From NCBI RefSeq assembly GCF_001194135.2, contig NC_068984.1:68442783-68479340 (forward strand): a stretch of DNA of 36,558 bases. The letters are read 5' to 3'. Numbering within the stretch: position 1 is the first letter of the stretch; each line of letters opens with the position of its first letter. The translations under genes were made by a program, and so were the position numbers. Below, one piece after another: positions 35,548-36,558 of this stretch. This DNA comes from Octopus bimaculoides (Eukaryota). The notes under the pieces were generated by a model. The model made no database searches. It was given only the letters and a program-made list of their open reading frames with translations, and was not told where the DNA came from.

Positions 35548-36345
35548 CAGGGTGTGATGGGTAAATTGCCACCACTTTATATTCTTAATTTTGCACATGC
35601 ACATTGTTTTTGATTTTGTTGGCTACATAGTATATTAGGGTCAGTTGGGCACTGTCTGTGACAAAAAAAAAGCACCATAACGCCAGAAATATGGAAGTGA
35701 CATGCTGTACTGCTCGGCATTCATGCCAGAAGCTCCAATATGAACTTTTCAGAGTGTTTGGGTGTCAATCTGAAGACAGTGCAGAGGATTTGGAAAGAGT
35801 TGGATAAGTCTAATGGTGATTACGAAGGTAAGGCAACTCAGAAAACTCACTCTGATCATTCTGATAAGAAAAGAACTACTGAATTTGTTGGTGAGATCCA
35901 GGCCATGATTGACAACAATACCTCTAAGTCAATCAAGTCAAAGGACATGGGAGTGTCTGAGTTTCTTATCAGGCATGAAGACATTCAGTATTCCTCATAC
36001 AAGATAAGGGAGGGCCAATTTTTATCCAAGCCATCAAGGACGAGAGGAAAGACTGCACTATGATGCTTTTCAACAAACTCAAGCATATCCTCCAACTGAT
36101 ATGCTTTGATTTTTCTCAGACGAGATAAAATTCTGCCAAGAGCAGATAGTGAACACACAGAACAACTGTACCGAGATTGATAAAAATCAAACATCCAGTC
36201 AGCATCATGGCGTTTGGAGTGATCACTAGTGATGGCAACGTTATACCTCTACTTATCTTTCCACACAACCTCAGACTCAACACGGAGGCCCATGGAGGAG
36301 GTGATGCTGCTCTGGGTGCAGAGAGTGGCTGCTAGAAGACCCTAC
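35548..36345 (+). mobile_element. Tc1/mariner-superfamily element (maT/DD37D-like), left end plus truncated transposase pseudogene
   Basis: Left end TA|cagggtgtgatgggtaaattg. Peptides HAVLLGI, ECLGVNLKTVQRIWKEL, RTTEFVGEIQAMID, MGVSEFLIR, FFSDE (first catalytic D), MAFGVITSDG and RRPY. The copy ends before the second and third catalytic residues, so DD37D spacing cannot be checked. Confidence 0.8.
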
Positions 36346-36413
36346 ATGGCAGTGAAACATGGGCTGTAACTGCTGAGGACATACGTAAGTTCGCAAGGAA
36401 TGAAGCCAGTATG
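36342..36413 (+). mobile_element. RTE LINE RT C-terminal fragment
   Basis: Translates as [24 protein letters not shown], matching the RTE pattern LYGSETW.....D..RL...E..M. Confidence 0.7.
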
Positions 36414-36419
36414 ATGATG

Positions 36420-36558
36420 ATATATATATAAATATATATATATAAATATATATAAATATATATATATAAATATATATAAATATATATATATAAATATATA
36501 TATATAAATATATATATATAAATATATATATATAAATATATATATATAAATATATATA
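36420..36558. repeat. (TA)n/(TATATATAAA)n tract
   Basis: Directly visible to the end of the window. Confidence 0.95.

Overview
AT-rich (GC-poor) eukaryotic genomic DNA from a gapped draft assembly. Most N-gaps sit next to (TA)n tracts. The SINE and repeat families look like those of an octopod cephalopod (Octopus-like); this is an inference from sequence recognition, not a database hit. I recognise no host protein-coding exon and no rRNA, tRNA or CRISPR locus, and most ORFs in the supplied track are microsatellite or N artefacts. The window is a dense layer of decayed transposons. It holds a ~3.2 kb Helitron Rep/helicase pseudogene (minus strand) with a candidate 5'-TC end and two non-autonomous Helitron-like copies. 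It also has at least four Penelope-like (PLE) coding remnants and two copies of a PLE-type terminal repeat that carry a hammerhead-like motif. Tc1/mariner elements include a full-length 1.28 kb mariner inserted into one PLE endonuclease, a rearranged mariner hairpin and a maT-like element fused to an RTE fragment. There is also the 5' 1.1 kb of an RTE/BovB LINE, hAT and TTAA-type MITEs, many tRNA-derived SINEs and two microsatellite-embedded foldback elements. The most unusual items are the non-canonical hammerhead motif (CUGUGGA core), a tandem hammerhead-like pair, the mariner inverted duplication with a perfect 48-bp inner stem, and a degenerate 16-bp-period array. I found no clearly new biological system; these are candidates only. 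All family assignments come from manual translation and motif recognition.
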